A stretch of 62,986 bases of DNA, filler included, from Octopus bimaculoides (GCF_001194135.2; 6 parts of 6 records of this genome joined end to end with filler, not necessarily neighbours in it); one strand, 5' to 3'; positions 36,460-51,894 are shown, counted from the first letter of the whole stretch. The notes: generated by a model from the letters alone, not told the origin. Made by a program: numbers and translations.

Positions 36460-39400
36460 TCAAGTGTCTCTGTGTAAGTGCGCGTGTGTGTAGCATAATA
36501 TAATGTATTCTCCAAGATACGCTAGAAATTGTTTCGTGATGTTGTGTCATATGTCTTTGCAATTCTTTCTTCAGGGATGTACTTGAATGAAACAGAAGTA
36601 ACCTCGTCTTTTACAAATGACAGTAGAATATATATGATCTACATACCCACACAGACGGACGCACATACAAATACACACACCAGTACACGTATAAACACGT
36701 TTACCAATCTTCCTTTCATTCTTTCTCTCTATATATATACATATATATATATATNNNNNNNNNNCATATATATATACATATACATACACATATATATACA
36801 CATACATATATATATATACATACATACACACATACATACATACATATATAAACATATATGAATTCTTCATACTTTGAAATAGAGTAACATGTTTCTAAAG
36901 CAGTTGTGTTACGAAAGGTATGTACATCCACGTCAATGAAAGCAAATGAAAAACAAGACCTGTCCTGGAACTTTTAATGGAAAAGTGGTATATCTAGTTT
37001 GTGATTCCTTCACCCAGTAATGTCTATTATGTTTCTATCCCTGACTATTATTAGAGTATAGGCATAGAGTGGTACTGTTGATTGTCAATGGTGTGGAGGA
37101 TATGCATCGTTATCGCTTATTCTGGCAGTATACAATTTCTTCCGTGCTGAATATGCTTTGCTCTATAAGCAAGTCTAATGTATTATTGACAATGCACTAA
37201 GGAACTTATAACAGCAGCGTCAACGCAGCTGCAATCGACACCGAGTTATCCATAGTAGTTATCCATAAGGATAAATACTAAGTAGTCATCCATAAAGAGG
37301 GTAAGGAAGACAATGTAAGAACATACACAGATGATACTTATCCGAAGACTTCTGTTAATTATTGAAAGTTGCACATAAATTTAAAACACATTCGTGTTCC
37401 TGAGTTACATTGCAATAATGTCATGGTGTCAAATGGACAAAAAACATCCTTATAGTGAAGCTGATAGTACTTTTGGAAGATGCTATTTCACTTGATTCAA
37501 CACATAACTCGTCATATCGCATAGTTTATAAAGTTCATTTCTTCAAGAAAATTCAAGATTACGTAAGAATAATATTTAGCCTTTGATGTAGCCGAATATC
37601 ATTTGTTGCGTATCAGACATATGGTGGAAAAGAAAGTCTCTGAATGTTGAAATCTGTGTCTCCTAAGTATATTTTGGTAGTGAATGCTTAAATGTATTTC
37701 AGTATTTGAAGATCATGTACCTGGAAATATGAAGATAAATAAGAAGACAAGAAAGAATTTTGTTAGAAATGTTAACAGGCTTTATTCTGATAAATAATTC
37801 AAGAAAAAAAAAGCTAAAATATGCAATCGTTGAACATCAATAAAAGGTAATAAAACAATGCCAGTATGGGCACCGAGGAGGGAATGAAAGAAAATAGCAC
37901 CATCTACCTACTTCACATTGGAAAATAGATCCAAGTCAATAATGGTTTCGTATGAGGTTGTTTATTTCCATTATTAGTAAACCTGCTGAATAAAATCAGC
38001 GACTAGAACCAAAATTATAATAAACAAAATCTTGTGAATATGTATAAACAAAAATAACAGACAAAGCATAAATATAAAAAGAGACTTAATTTGACAGTCA
38101 CACCTGATTCTGGTAGGTTATCCAACAGAGTAAAAGTTGAAGCTAAATACCTTGGATAAGTTATGAAGATTGCTTTCTCTAGGAATGACTCTGTCCAGTA
38201 AAATATCTTGTAGTATCTGTCAAATGACGTTTATACATCACTTTGCTTTGAGATGATTTTTGGTGTCACTATGACATTGAAAATTACTACAATGAGACAT
38301 TTACAGGAAATGTCCTGGTCAATAAACAGTCAGTTGAAGCAATTTTTATTTAAGGCTTATTTTGATAAAGACTGTCTCTAGTTTTATATGATTAACTGTA
38401 CAATATTTCTCCTTTCGAACAGATATAAGATCGAGTGCTCAGGACGTTACAGTCGACTGGAGTTTAAGAAAGATCATGCGATCATGCATTAAAGAGTTGT
38501 TTCATATGGAAGCCACATGCAGTAATATTTGAAAGTCATAGAATAAAGGATTCTAGTCGTACGGACTTAAAAATACTTATGAAAATCTTTTGTAATTTTC
38601 CTTGTATATTTGCCATCTTAGAATATTTTAACAATGTATTTCCAATATCTGAAGAATCATTGGTTTGTTCAAGAGCTAATGAAGATAAAATTTCGCAAGT
38701 ATAAAATTGTTATTAAAATAAGTAGATGTAACGGACAGTTTATTATACTTCAACGTTAAAAATATCAACAGTTCTTTGTTTTAGATTGTGATTATAGTGG
38801 GGAAATTTTGTTGTGTATAGAGCTTTTTTTCAAGTCTTGTTCCCATTTTCAAAAAAAAAAGTTTATTTCAGAATTGTTTTCTTTTGTCTTCTGAGTAGTA
38901 AACAATAGAATACGTATCACTGTAGAGATAATAATGGCAGTATGTTCGTAATTTCAAGATATATTTAAAAACCCCAATAAAGCTGTCACAAAAAAGATGT
39001 TGAAATTTATCAATCAGTTCTCGTATAATTTAAGATGTAATTTATACGATGCAAACTTAAGAAAAATATTAATACATTCAGAATTCAAAGATTATCCCAC
39101 TAAATCCTTCAGTAGTATGCATGAATTTTTAAAGTTTTCTTTATATTCATTCTTGGCAAAGTTTTGTATAAAATAAACAGTTATCAGACTGCTCCGCCAA
39201 GAATTTTGAAAATATATATATACACAGTAGTCTTTCAGATGTTCCATAGTGTTTCACGTTAACTGTCAAATAGCAAGCAAACTATTTTCAGATAAGTTAA
39301 AATCACTTGCAAAGTATTAACATTTTAGAAAAAAAACAAAAAACTTGAAACGAAATTTCGAAATTTGCTAGATGTAGATATTAAAGCTTTCGACGACAAA

Positions 39401-40110
39401 CATTGATAGGAATAATAATTTTAAACTTTTTTTTTATATTTCTGCTTTGGTATAGATATTATTCTAAATCTTATATTAATAAGTATCAGGGAATGTAACT
39501 ATGAAGCATTTAGCATTTAGATAGTATTTAATTTACATATCCGACATCAAATAAATACAATTGATATTTTATAAAAGACAGATACCATTTTATTGGTTTC
39601 TAAAATGTTAACCCTCAAACATACATTTTTCTTGATATACGGATCAAACGTCTGGCAAAATGGTACAAAGGCATTAAAACATAAATTTGAAATATTGGAC
39701 AATGAGACATGAAGCCGTTGATATAAATACCAAGCCTCGGACATAAAGGCACGTAGCTGTCTGATATGAATATCAAGCTTAAAGCAAATTGTCTGGAAGA
39801 TAACTGAGGAAACTCCAAACCTTTACTGAGGAACAGATGTCTTCGAATATTGAGAGATCCGTTCAATGCATACAACTGTTCAAAGAGAAAAATCTTTCTC
39901 CGAAATAACATTTTGTGTATTTTTATATTAGCCATTAACACACACACACTCACACACACNNNNNNNNNNNNNNNNNNNNNNNNNNNNNNNNNNNNNNNNN
40001 NNNNNNNNNNNNNNNNNNNNNNNNNNNNNNNNNNNNNNNNNNNNNNNNNNNNNNNNNNNNNNNNNNNNNNNNNNNNNNNNNNNNNNNNNNNNNNNNNNNN
40101 NNNNNNNNNN

Positions 40111-40162
<52 letters not shown>

Positions 40163-43100
40163 GAAAAATGAGCAATAAATATACCAAAATGTAATTTCGT
40201 TATTACCATATATCAAAAGCATTGTTACAGAGCAGAACGTTTTGATTGTTTTAGTCTTTAATGAAAGGTATTATATTATCTAATGCTATTAATGTTTAAG
40301 CGATCACCTCGGCATATAGGGAGTATTGTCCCGTCTTCAAAGATGCATGGAGGTTAGAATATTTTGATTTGGAATATATAATATGACTCCTCAGAGAAAT
40401 GTTGATGTGAGTCAATATTGATTTGAATTATATCTTGAATTAAAAGAATTATTTGAAAATCATAAGTTATTTTGAACGTAAATTCTATTAATCATTAAAT
40501 ATCTGTTTCTTGGTAGATTCAGATCGAGACACTGAGGGTAAGGGCAATAGCCGTTTACATCATGTGGCTTCCATTGGTTAAATGAATGGTGTTCTTGCTA
40601 TTTAACTCAATGTTTCGTCAGCTAGGCCAGTTTAGAAGATGCTTCAATGAGAAATAAAGTGTCGCTGTCGTTCAACTGATGTTTGGGAATTTTGAGGTTA
40701 GACTGTACTATATAGATAGTCCAGGCAATAGTTAATTAACAGAATTATATATATTGAAACTGCTTTTACTTCACATTCAGTAGGAATGTGTATGATAGTA
40801 CTTCAGCCTAATGTACATCAGCTTTTATAAAGTTACAAGCTTTCTGTACTAATTAGCAATCATTAATGATATTGATGTATCAAGTGTGAACATATTGTGA
40901 ATACATACATACTGATATATGTGTGTAAATGCATGCATATGTATATATNNNNNNNNNNCACACATATATACACAAACACACACACACACATACACACACA
41001 CATATATATATACAATATGCAAACACATAATTAAAACTTTTGAACTAATTAAACGACGACATAAGTGAGTTGTAAGTGTTGTTTAGAGGGAAATCATGTA
41101 CTTTGAATGAATATATATATGTATACAGTCTACACGTATAAAATCTACATGTATATAATATACAGGCATATAGTAGTGATATTTTACATATGTATATACA
41201 GTGTACATATATACAGTAGTGATCATTTATATTTTGTATTTTTAGATATTGACATTTTATAGAAAATTATTTACAATTCAATAGACTTAATCATATATCA
41301 CTGAAATATAACACAATCTGATAATTATATTTCTGTTATTTATTAGGTATTATATATTCATTTTATAATATTTATAAACTACTAATTGCGTTTGTAATTT
41401 TTATGAATTACTACTGATTTAGAATCGATGGTCTAATTGGTTCATGTAATCATCACAAAAGGTCCTGGATAATTGTGCTAAGATATTAAGACTGTAGGCC
41501 AGATGAATTTTGTTCTTGTCATGAACTTGTTGGTTAAATATGCTTCAATCGACCACAATGTTCTGTAACTAGAATTAGCATTAAGCACAATCAGCAGTAA
41601 TACTTATCCATATTTGATAAATTTAATCTACGATTTCGATAATTTCGAAATCGTAATCTTTTGGATATATTTCCGTATCTAATTATTAAACAATTACTTT
41701 AGAAAAACGACTTCCATTCGAAATCTCAGATTTTAGAACAACTCTGGATATTATAGTCCTATAAGAAAATATAGCAATGGTTTAAAGTAGAATTGTTTTA
41801 TTCTTAAACAAACAAAATGACATGTTATTAAATTGTTGGGGAAATACTACTGTTAGTGATTGGAATNNNNNNNNNNNNNNNNNNNNNNNNNNNNNNNNNN
41901 NNNNNNNNNNNNNNNNNNNNNNNNNNNNNNNNNNNNNNNNNNNNNNNNNNNNNNNNNNNNNNNNNNNNNNNNNNNNNNNNNNNNNNNNNNNNNNNNNNNN
42001 NNNNNNNNNNNNNNNNNNNNNNNNNNNNNNNNNNNNNNNNNNNNNNNNNNNNNNNNNNNNNNNNNNNNNNNNNNNNNNNNNNNNNNNNNNNNNNNNNNNN
42101 NNNNNNNNNTTAATAGCTAACAGTGAAAGTCTGTTCAACGACAACAGCCACAGTTTAGCTGTACAAATGAAAATTCAGCCAGGAAAAAAAGTGATGATTT
42201 TCATTACGATAGAGGACAGATCATATATATAGCTAAACAAATCTATGCGTTTCTAAATTCGGGGAACATTTTGTATCGAACACGTAAACGATTAGTTTTT
42301 TACTGTTGGTTTGTCTGCATATGATAATTCCCCGTTTTGCTTAAATAACGACTGATCTTCGTTAAAAGGGATAATTAACGCTGAAAAAAAAAATATTTTA
42401 AGAAGTATTTAGTTTAACCTTATCTTTATTAACATATGTAAAAACCATATCTAATGCATTTTTACACATGGTCTCCTGTAAAGCTGAACATTGCCACCGA
42501 GAGCTTTTAAAACATTTCAGTTTTGAAATGTATTTAGGTTTACATAACATAAAAAGTGACAGTAATTAGTTTAAAAAAAAAAACTTTAAAGACAGATTAT
42601 ACTATGCTAAAAATATTTTACACTGATATTTATGAAATAAATAAATAAATAAAGAACGATTTTGAATTAAAATACATTATATACAGAGATATAATATGCT
42701 GTAGCTGCCAAAATGGAAAGTTATTTAACAAAGCTCAAGACAAGCAACGATGTATAAAAGAAAAGAATAAAGCAAGAACATCGACGTTTAGAAAATGAGG
42801 TACAAAGCAATGTTGTGTAAAATTTATAAGCGTCTGAAAAATCTAAAAAATAATGAAAAGAAAAGACAATTTGTTTACAGCTCATTAGACTTGTATAGAT
42901 TTCAACAGAGAAAACGTTAAATACAAAACAGATGTAGGTTTCGAAAATAGCAACTGATACATATTAGAGGTGCAAGAATAATACATATTTGGTGGAATAT
43001 AATTCTGTAAATACAAGATAAATTCTACCCCATATTACAGATACACTCATACCTCAACGGACACATAGAGAAAAAATTAAACATATATGCTTTAATATAT

Positions 43101-44686
43101 GTGTGTGTAAATGTGTGTGTGTGTGCGCACGCCTGTGTGTATGTATATGTATATATATGTGTGTGCGTATGTGCGTGTAGGTCTATATATATACATGCAT
43201 TACGATATGTGTATTTATATATGCTTTTATATATATATGTATATATTAATGAATATATATATATATATACACACATATATAGATGTGTTTATATAAATAT
43301 ACATAGATATATATTATATATAAAACATATATATCTTATACATTACGTACATATACATATACATACATACATATATATATTCACACATATAAACGTATTT
43401 GCTTTTAGATATACACTCTCCGACTCTATATTTGCAGACATAAAAGNNNNNNNNNNNNNNNNNNNNNNNNNNNNNNNNNNNNNNNNNNNNNNNNNNNNNN
43501 NNNNNNNNNNNNNNNNNNNNNNNNNNNNNNNNNNNNNNNNNNNNNNNNNNNNNNNNNNNNNNNNNNNNNNNNNNNNNNNNNNNNNNNNNNNNNNNNNNAT
43601 ATATATCTTATACATTACGTACATATACATATACATACATACATATATATATTCACACATATAAACGTATTTGCTTTTAGATATACACTCTCCGACTCTA
43701 TATTTGCAGACATAAAAGTACATGTACACACAAACATGGAATAGTGTTTCTTTGCGTGGGCGCGAGGGGGAATGTATGTGCGTATGCATATGATATTTAA
43801 TAACGGATTCTCTTATGAATCTTTTAAGAAGTATATAAGAAATTTGTCTAATGGGCATCATATTCCTAATGCAAACTTGAAATTCAAACGCTCACAAAGC
43901 ATAATCGGCTGTAGAGCTCTACTACTTTTTATTGAAAATAACGTTTACCGAATACTCTAATCAAACCGCACAGTCTACATTGATATGCAAACACGAATGT
44001 GTATTGGATAGTAGAGTGCGAATTTGTTGCTTTTCTTTTGATATTCGATATTCTTGCATTTTTAAGTGTTGCATCAAATGATTGGCAATACTTGTTCAAT
44101 TCAATTCATAGCAAAATTAGCATTATGATTTTTCTTGAATTTTAGAATATATTATCTATAGACTTTACGTAACAGTAAAATATTTAATACTAATTTAATT
44201 ATGAGTACTGAAATATACGTTGAAAATCCACTGTATATGTACAAGTTCAACAGTGGCAACGTCACTCGGCCATTCACGTACAAAATTATAACTTCTTAAA
44301 ACAAAATATCCTTATGCCAATCTATAATTGATAATATATATTGTTTCTCTTCAGTCGATTTGAAATGGAGTTAGTTTCATTCAGCATATTTAATGTCTTC
44401 GTGTCCGTACATAGTGAAATCTTTAAACTTTAGTAGCATTCAAACTCGGAATAGAATTAATCAACTTTCGCTTTCACGAATATCAGATATCTGCTATATA
44501 CTACTGTGTACATGTACGTAGTATATACGTATAAGTGTGTATTAACATGTATACATACATAGATACATACGTACATACATACATATATACATACATATAT
44601 ATATAAGTACATATATACACACACAGACACACACACACGCACACATACACACACACACATACACACACACACACACNNNNNNNNNN

Positions 44687-44717
<31 letters not shown>

Positions 44718-45078
44718 ACATATATACACATATACGTATGTAGCCATATGTGTGTGTATACTACCATTGAATTTAAAGTATCAGACGTTACTGATATGCA
44801 AATTGATGGTTCCAAATTTTCAGAAACTCTTGGATTTGGAGAGTATAAGCACAGAATTGCTCTCAGTCTCTCTGAGCTTCGTCAAGTGAAATACACACTT
44901 CTGGAGACAACACCAAGGGCTGCAAGTCGATTAAGATATTTCATATTTTCAATCTGCAGAAATAATAAGTAACACTGACATTTTTGCATGCCTAAATGTT
45001 TTACACGTATGGACGCAAGTACACATACAGATATGCACATGCATATATCATATATAAAAAACTAAATAAATATATATG

Positions 45079-45109
<31 letters not shown>

Positions 45110-45119
45110 GTCAATAAAT

Positions 45120-45243
45120 ATACTTTATTAATAAGCTGAAAAGACATCACAAAAACTGTTACTCAGCGTTTCCCGACGAACGGGAAGGTGAAACTCTGAG
45201 TAACAGCTTTTGTGATGTCTTTGTACCTTTATTAATAAAGCAT
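45120..45243 (+). repeat. Inverted repeat (about 53-bp arms) enclosing a hammerhead-like core
   Basis: AAAGACATCACAAAAACTGTTACTCAGCGTTTC (left) pairs with GAAACTCTGAGTAACAGCTTTTGTGATGTCTTT (right); CCGACGA-ACG(GGAA)GGT-GAAA-CTC(T)GAG-TA at 45173-45202. Confidence 0.75.
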
Positions 45244-48200
45244 ATCACACAACCTCCGGCATTCGAGTACTATTTTTCTGTCACCTTGTTTCATATTTAT
45301 GTGCTTACTTTGGTACATGTATATATATATATATATNNNNNNNNNNNNNNNNNNNNNNNNNNNNNNNNNNNNNNNNNNNNNNNNNNNNNNNNNNNNNNNN
45401 NNNNNNNNNNNNNNNNNNNNNNNNNNNNNNNNNNNNNNNNNNNNNNNNNNNNNNNNNNNNNNNNNNNNNNNNNNNNNNNNNNNNNNNNNNNNNNNNNNNN
45501 NNNNNNNNNNNNNNNNNNNNNNNNNNNNNNNNNNNNNNNNNNNNNNNNNNNNNNNNNNNNNNNNNNNNNNNNNNNNNNNNNNNNNNNNNNNNNNNNNNNN
45601 NNNNNNNNNNNNNNNNNNNNNNNNNNNNNNNNNNNNNNNNNNNNNNNNNNNNNNNNNNNNNNNNNNNNNNNNNNNNNNNNNNNNNNNNNNNNNNNNNNNN
45701 NNNNNNNNNNNNNNNNNNNNNNNNNNNNNNNNNNNNNNNNNNNNNNNNNNNNNNNNNNNNNNNNNNNNNNNNNNNNNNNNNNNNNNNNNNNNNNNNNNNN
45801 NNNNNNNNNNNNNNNNNNNNNNNNNNNNNNNNNNNNNNNNNNNNNNNNNNNNNNNNNNNNNNNNNNNNNNNNNNNNNNNNNNNNNNNNNNNNNNNNNNNN
45901 NNNNNNNNNNNNNNNNNNNNNNNNNNNNNNNNNNNNNNNNNNNNNNNNNNNNNNNNNNNNNNNNNNNNNNNNNNNNNNNNNNNNNNNNNNNNNNNNNNNN
46001 NNNNNNNNNNNNNNNNNNNNNNNNNNNNNNNNNNNNNNNNNNNNNNNNNNNNNNNNNNNNNNNNNNNNNNNNNNNNNNNNNNNNNNNNNNNNNNNNNNNN
46101 NNNNNNNNNNNNNNNNNNNNNNNNNNNNNNNNNNNNNNNNNNNNNNNNNNNNNNNNNNNNNNNNNNNNNNNNNNNNNNNNNNNNNNNNNNNNNNNNNNNN
46201 NNNNNNNNNNNNNNNNNNNNNNNNNNNNNNNNNNNNNNNNNNNNNNNNNNTATACATCTGCGTATAGAAATGCAAGCACATACACATACGCAAATTTGCA
46301 TGTAAGTGCCGGTGTGCTTGTCATGCATGAAGCATTATGATTGAGAGGAAAATATAAATGAATGTTTTAACAATTTTAGGCGGAGAATAAATTATCCTGA
46401 ATTTATTACTGACTGATCTTATTCTCAAGCAGTTAGCGATAATCTCTACTCGCTGTTATTTTGCTATCGAATATCTTCTCTATGTCGAGCAAGACACTTT
46501 TCGCTATATATTTTTTGTACCACATTTTCTGTGTATTGAGTCTCCTGTCCGTATGATAACAGATTATTTCTTTTCTAAAATACACTGCGATTTAATCTAA
46601 CTTGTTTGTACGTCAGGAGCAAACGCGAATATTGCAAATAATTTCCATATATAATTTTCCATCTCAGTTTATTACTATGTAAGAAATAATATTCATTTAG
46701 CGAACAGTATATACGAAGTGGAAATCGCAAGAAGCCATGGGTGCTAAAATTCAACGGCAGCAAAATCTGTATCTATCCCTACCGTAACATTTTAACTAAG
46801 AAACGATTTTAACTAAAATGCACATATACGTACCTTAACGATCTTAACTAAGAAACAAGAGTTGGAGAATACAAAGAAATAAATGGAATCTGTTTGATTC
46901 GAAGTGAAAACTTCCAACAATATTGAAATATGGTAAAGCTTTCAAAATGGCGAAACAAGTATAATGACACATTTGAGAATTGTTAGAGGGAACATTAATA
47001 TTCACCACTATTGAGCCGTAATTGCAGAATATATTTTGTGTATATATTCCGAGTAGCATGAAAGTTTATTTGATCTAGCGTCTGATTGAAACCTATGTGT
47101 TTATATGATGTATGCCAATAATCGAAAGTAGCACAAAGAAAATGTGTGCTCTTAATTCTATGCATGCAAAATATCGCTGACAATAAACAATGCAATAGCA
47201 ACGAAGTAACTTGTGCAAGAGCCCAAACATGCGTGTTATACATATACATAATGTGGTTTGCATAATTGATGCTGCTTAAATTCTGTCCCAGCTCTAGCAA
47301 GCGTTTGATTATAGGTGTCGTAGCTGTTACTAACCCTAATTTATGTCTTTCAGTATGTTTTGGAGTACTTCCTCATCAAAGAAAACAAAAATGTATTGTG
47401 AGAAAGATTAGATGTCAATTACTTGAAAGTCGGGTAAACAATTAGCAGCTCCTTTCAAACATACATCGTGATGCATAGCTCCCGTTTGTTGGACAATTGT
47501 GATCATCACTGTAATTCAGTATTCACCACAACTGTCCGCCAAATGGGAATGTGAACCTCTAAATAACAGTTTTGTGTTAATTTTGCAGCTTTAATAAATG
47601 CGCACACACACACATACACACACACACACACACATACACACAGACACACACACGCACACACACACACACACGCACATACACACACACACACACACACACA
47701 NNNNNNNNNNNNNNNNNNNNNNNNNNNNNNNNNNNNNNNNNNNNNNNNNNNNNNNNNNNNNNNNNNNNNNNNNNNNNNNNNNNNNNNNNNNNNNNNNNNN
47801 NNNNNNNNNNNNNNNNNNNNNNNNNNNNNNNNNNNNNNNNNNNNNNNNNNNNNNNNNNNNNNNNNNNNNNNNNNNNNNNNNNNNNNNNNNNNNNNNNNNN
47901 NNNNNNNNNNNNNNNNNNNNNNNNNNNNNNNNNNNNNNNNNNNNNNNNNNNNNNNNNNNNNNNNNNNNNNNNNNNNNNNNNNNNNNNNNNNNNNNNNNNN
48001 NNNNNNNNNNNNNNNNNNNNNNNNNNNNNNNNNNNNNNNNNNNNNNNNNNNNNNNNNNNNNNNNNNNNNNNNNNNNNNNNNNNNNNNNNNNNNNNNNNNN
48101 NNNNNNNNNNNNNNNNNNNNNNNNNNNNNNNNNNNNNNNNNNNNNNNNNNNNNNNNNNNNNNNNNNNNNNNNNNNNNNNNNNNNNNNNNNNNNNNNTATA

Positions 48201-48591
48201 TATATATATATATACATAATAAATGTATAGATATGAAATATGAAATGGTACTTGATGTATGTTTATAATAGGAGAGTGGCAAGTGAAAATGGAAGACAAG
48301 GAAGTGGAACGTGCGATGTGGGGCTAATGCGGAAATCTGTCCTCTAGACTTTCCACTTTACCATCCTAACCGTTTCTTTTCTCCAGTTCTCCCAACCCAA
48401 TCTGTACTAAAATACATAGCTCATAGAGCACACATACATCTTGTTTGATCCGAACGAGATTAATATAATTCATGAAGCGTTTAATTCTTACTATCCAAAA
48501 TATAGTTTTTTTTTGTATACTTAAAGGGCCTAAAGTACTTCCAACTCCATTCATGTAATAAAGCTCCACGTATTGATTAAGAAGAGACAGA

Positions 48592-48626
48592 CTGACAGAT
48601 AGATAGATAGATAGACGGACAGACAA

Positions 48627-48695
<69 letters not shown>

Positions 48696-48702
48696 CAGAC
48701 AA

Positions 48703-48754
<52 letters not shown>

Positions 48755-48762
48755 ATAGATAA

Positions 48763-48822
<60 letters not shown>

Positions 48823-48842
48823 GGAGACAGATAGATAGACAG
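48592..48842. repeat. (GATA)n tetranucleotide microsatellite, about 250 bp
   Basis: Seen directly. Confidence 0.97.
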
Positions 48843-50245
48843 CTATACCTATATGCGAGTGTGCATTCGGATGTGCGTGTATGTATATGTCAACGTATGT
48901 ATACTTGTAGATATCACATTCATCAACAGCTCATGCTCAAGTGCAGAAATACTAGTTATGGTTTACTTAGTCCACTGTCTGCATCATGATTTTATCTATC
49001 TTAATTGATTTGTGATTACCGCTTTTTTCAAGGGCGAAACATGGTGTCTTACACATGTTCATGGACTCTAAGCAGATACTGAACGTTGGGCATCAATCTG
49101 TCTACACTATTCAGTCATGCACGCTATCGTTTATTCTTTCAGTTTCTCGCTCTCATATGCTCGCTTATACGTGGAAGAGTTATGTGTGTGTGTGTGTTTG
49201 TGATGACAATATATGTGAATACCTGTAGACATAATAATACATAAAATTATATTACAATACATTGGTTTTACACAATAGGTAATTAAATTTTGTTTCATAT
49301 GACTAATTTTTTAAATTCCTCATCGTGTGATTTGTCCAACCGCAACCAAAGAATAATAGCATAGTAAAAGGGATAATTAAGATACAAAAGCTACACAAAA
49401 TCCAATATTTAATATTGCATGCATCTTTTCATTCCCGCCTGCCACTTTGATTTTGCTGCCAATATTTAATATGAAAAAACCCCCAAAAAACGACAGTGGA
49501 AACATTATTACACCTACAATCCCTGAAATTCAATTCGAACCTTTATGGACACCTTACTCTTGCAGCTGTTACTTTATTTCTTATATCTATCTATCTATCT
49601 ATATAATATATATATATATGTATATACATNNNNNNNNNNNNNNNNNNNNNNNNNNNNNNNNNNNNNNNNNNNNNNNNNNNNNNNNNNNNNNNNNNNNNNN
49701 NNNNNNNNNNNNNNNNNNNNNNNNNNNNNNNNNNNNNNNNNNNNNNNNNNNNNNNNNNNNNNNNNNNNNNNNNNNNNNNNNNNNNNNNNNNNNNNNNNNN
49801 NNNNNNNNNNNNNNNNNNNNNNNNNNNNNNNNNNNNNNNNNNNNNNNNNNNNNNNNNNNNNNNNNNNNNNNNNNNNNNNNNNNNNNNNNNNNNNNNNNNN
49901 NNNNNNNNNNNNNNNNNNNNNNNNNNNNNNNNNNNNNNNNNNNNNNNNNNNNNNNNNNNNNNNNNNNNNNNNNNNNNNNNNNNNNNNNNNNNNNNNNNNN
50001 NNNNNNNNNNNNNNNNNNNNNNNNNNNNNNNNNNNNNNNNNNNNNNNNNNNNNNNNNNNNNNNNNNNNNNNNNNNNNNNNNNNNNNNNNNNNNNNNNNNN
50101 NNNNNNNNNNNNNNNNNNNNNNNNNNNNNNNNNNNNNNNNNNNNNNNNNNNNNNNNNNNNNNNNNNNNNNNNNNNNNNNNNNNNNNNNNNNNNNNNNNNN
50201 NNNNNNNNNNNNNNNNNNNNNNNNNNNNNNNNNNNNNNNNNNNNN

Positions 50246-50287
<42 letters not shown>

Positions 50288-50808
50288 AGTATGTATAGTA
50301 TATATTGTAGGGACGAAGAGATATAGGACCACTGCTAAGTTTAATTCTCTATGTAGATTTAGGTAGTCCCGTTTACTTCTTGTATTTATGAAATACAGAT
50401 TAAACGTAGTAAAAATTACGACTCATACACGTTTATATTGCTTGTTCTTACGAACATTTCACCATGACGGTTGCTTGAAAGGTTTTAAATGCCTGTAGAA
50501 CGCCCAATGGAAGTAACCTGGCAACCATAGAGGAGGATAGATCGGAATAACTAATGACATAAGCGTGTGTTTCACGTAATTTCACATGTGTGTGAATGTT
50601 TGTGGGCGTGCGTATGTGTGTGTGTGTTTATTGTGTTGGTACGTATACGCACATATATTTGTAGATATATGTCTATAGATAAATGCATAAATATATATAT
50701 AAATACATATGCGTGTTTGTGTGTATGCGTGTTTTATGTTGGTATGCATACGCACAAACACACACACATATATATTTATGAATAATAAATAACAATATCT
50801 ATACGTGC

Positions 50809-50843
<35 letters not shown>

Positions 50844-50978
50844 CATGTGTGTGTTTTAATATTTCCTTTAGGCTTTGGGAAACTAATAACTTGGTGTAGA
50901 ACATAATATAGTAATGTTTCAGAACGATGAGTTTGACGAGTATATAGAAGTGTTTGACGAGTATAATAAGAAAATGAG

Positions 50979-51260
50979 ATGACAAGTTGCGAGCCAACGA
51001 AGTCCATAACACAAACGCTTATCTCTCCGACGACCATGTATTGCAATAACTTGGGATTCAAGAGGCCAGAGCTATTTCACGCCTTGCCAAAGCAGCTGAA
51101 GAATCTTCATGGAGGAGGGATAGATGCTTTCAAAAAACAACGTGACCTCCTGCTATCCATGGTCACAGATAAATGAATATCAAGGTGGGAGGCTTAAAAG
51201 AGGGCAACAATATTGAACTCCTCCTTCACCGAAAACCAATCACATAGAATTGGCCATTAA
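50979..51260 (+). pseudogene. 3' end of a CR1/L2-group LINE ORF2
   Basis: YCNNLGFKRPELFHALPKQLKNLHG...AFKKQRDLLLSMVTD resembles the NSL..RGP.LFN.LP..LR.L...FK..LD.FL..VPD C-terminus. Confidence 0.7.
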
Positions 51261-51646
51261 AGGGCCGATTACAGCGACGCTGCTCCAACATGACCATGAC
51301 CTTAAGGCTGAAACATGTGAAAGAACAAAATAAGATATATATATATATATATATATATGCGTCTGTGCGTGTGTATGTATGTATGTATGTATGTATGTAC
51401 GTATGCATGAGTACATGTATTTATGTATATATAGAGAAAGTGATCTTTCCTACTTAATTTCTTTTAAATGCTCTATTTCAGTTCATAATTTTCATGCATC
51501 CCTCTCAAACACCAAGCTTCTAGTAAAATTGCATCTTTCGTATCCATTTCTGTGATGTTATGCAATGTAATAGTTTTTTTTTTTTTTTGGTGTACTCATA
51601 GCACAGCTTACTTTCTAAACTTTGATTCGAAGTAAAATTACACTAT

Positions 51647-51695
51647 ATTAAAAGTTCTCTATTTAAAAGTTCTCTAATTAAAAGTTCTCTAATTC
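51647..51695. repeat. 15-bp tandem repeat (ATTAAAAGTTCTCTA) x3
   Basis: Seen directly. Confidence 0.85.
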
Positions 51696-51852
51696 ATTAT
51701 AGTTTAGTATAGCCATCGACTTTTGTCTGCACTCGCTATACTACTTATTTTTTAGGTATTTCCCTGCAAGATTGTTTTCCCATCAAATACTCTACACAAG
51801 ATAATCTTCTGATTCAGACTTCCTAAAAGTTACTGCGACAAATTAGTCAAAT

Positions 51853-51894
<42 letters not shown>

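Noticed and set aside
43327-43718. Exact 120-bp direct duplication (43327-43446 and 43599-43718)
   Set aside because: The copies flank an N-gap and are identical, typical of unmerged overlapping contig ends
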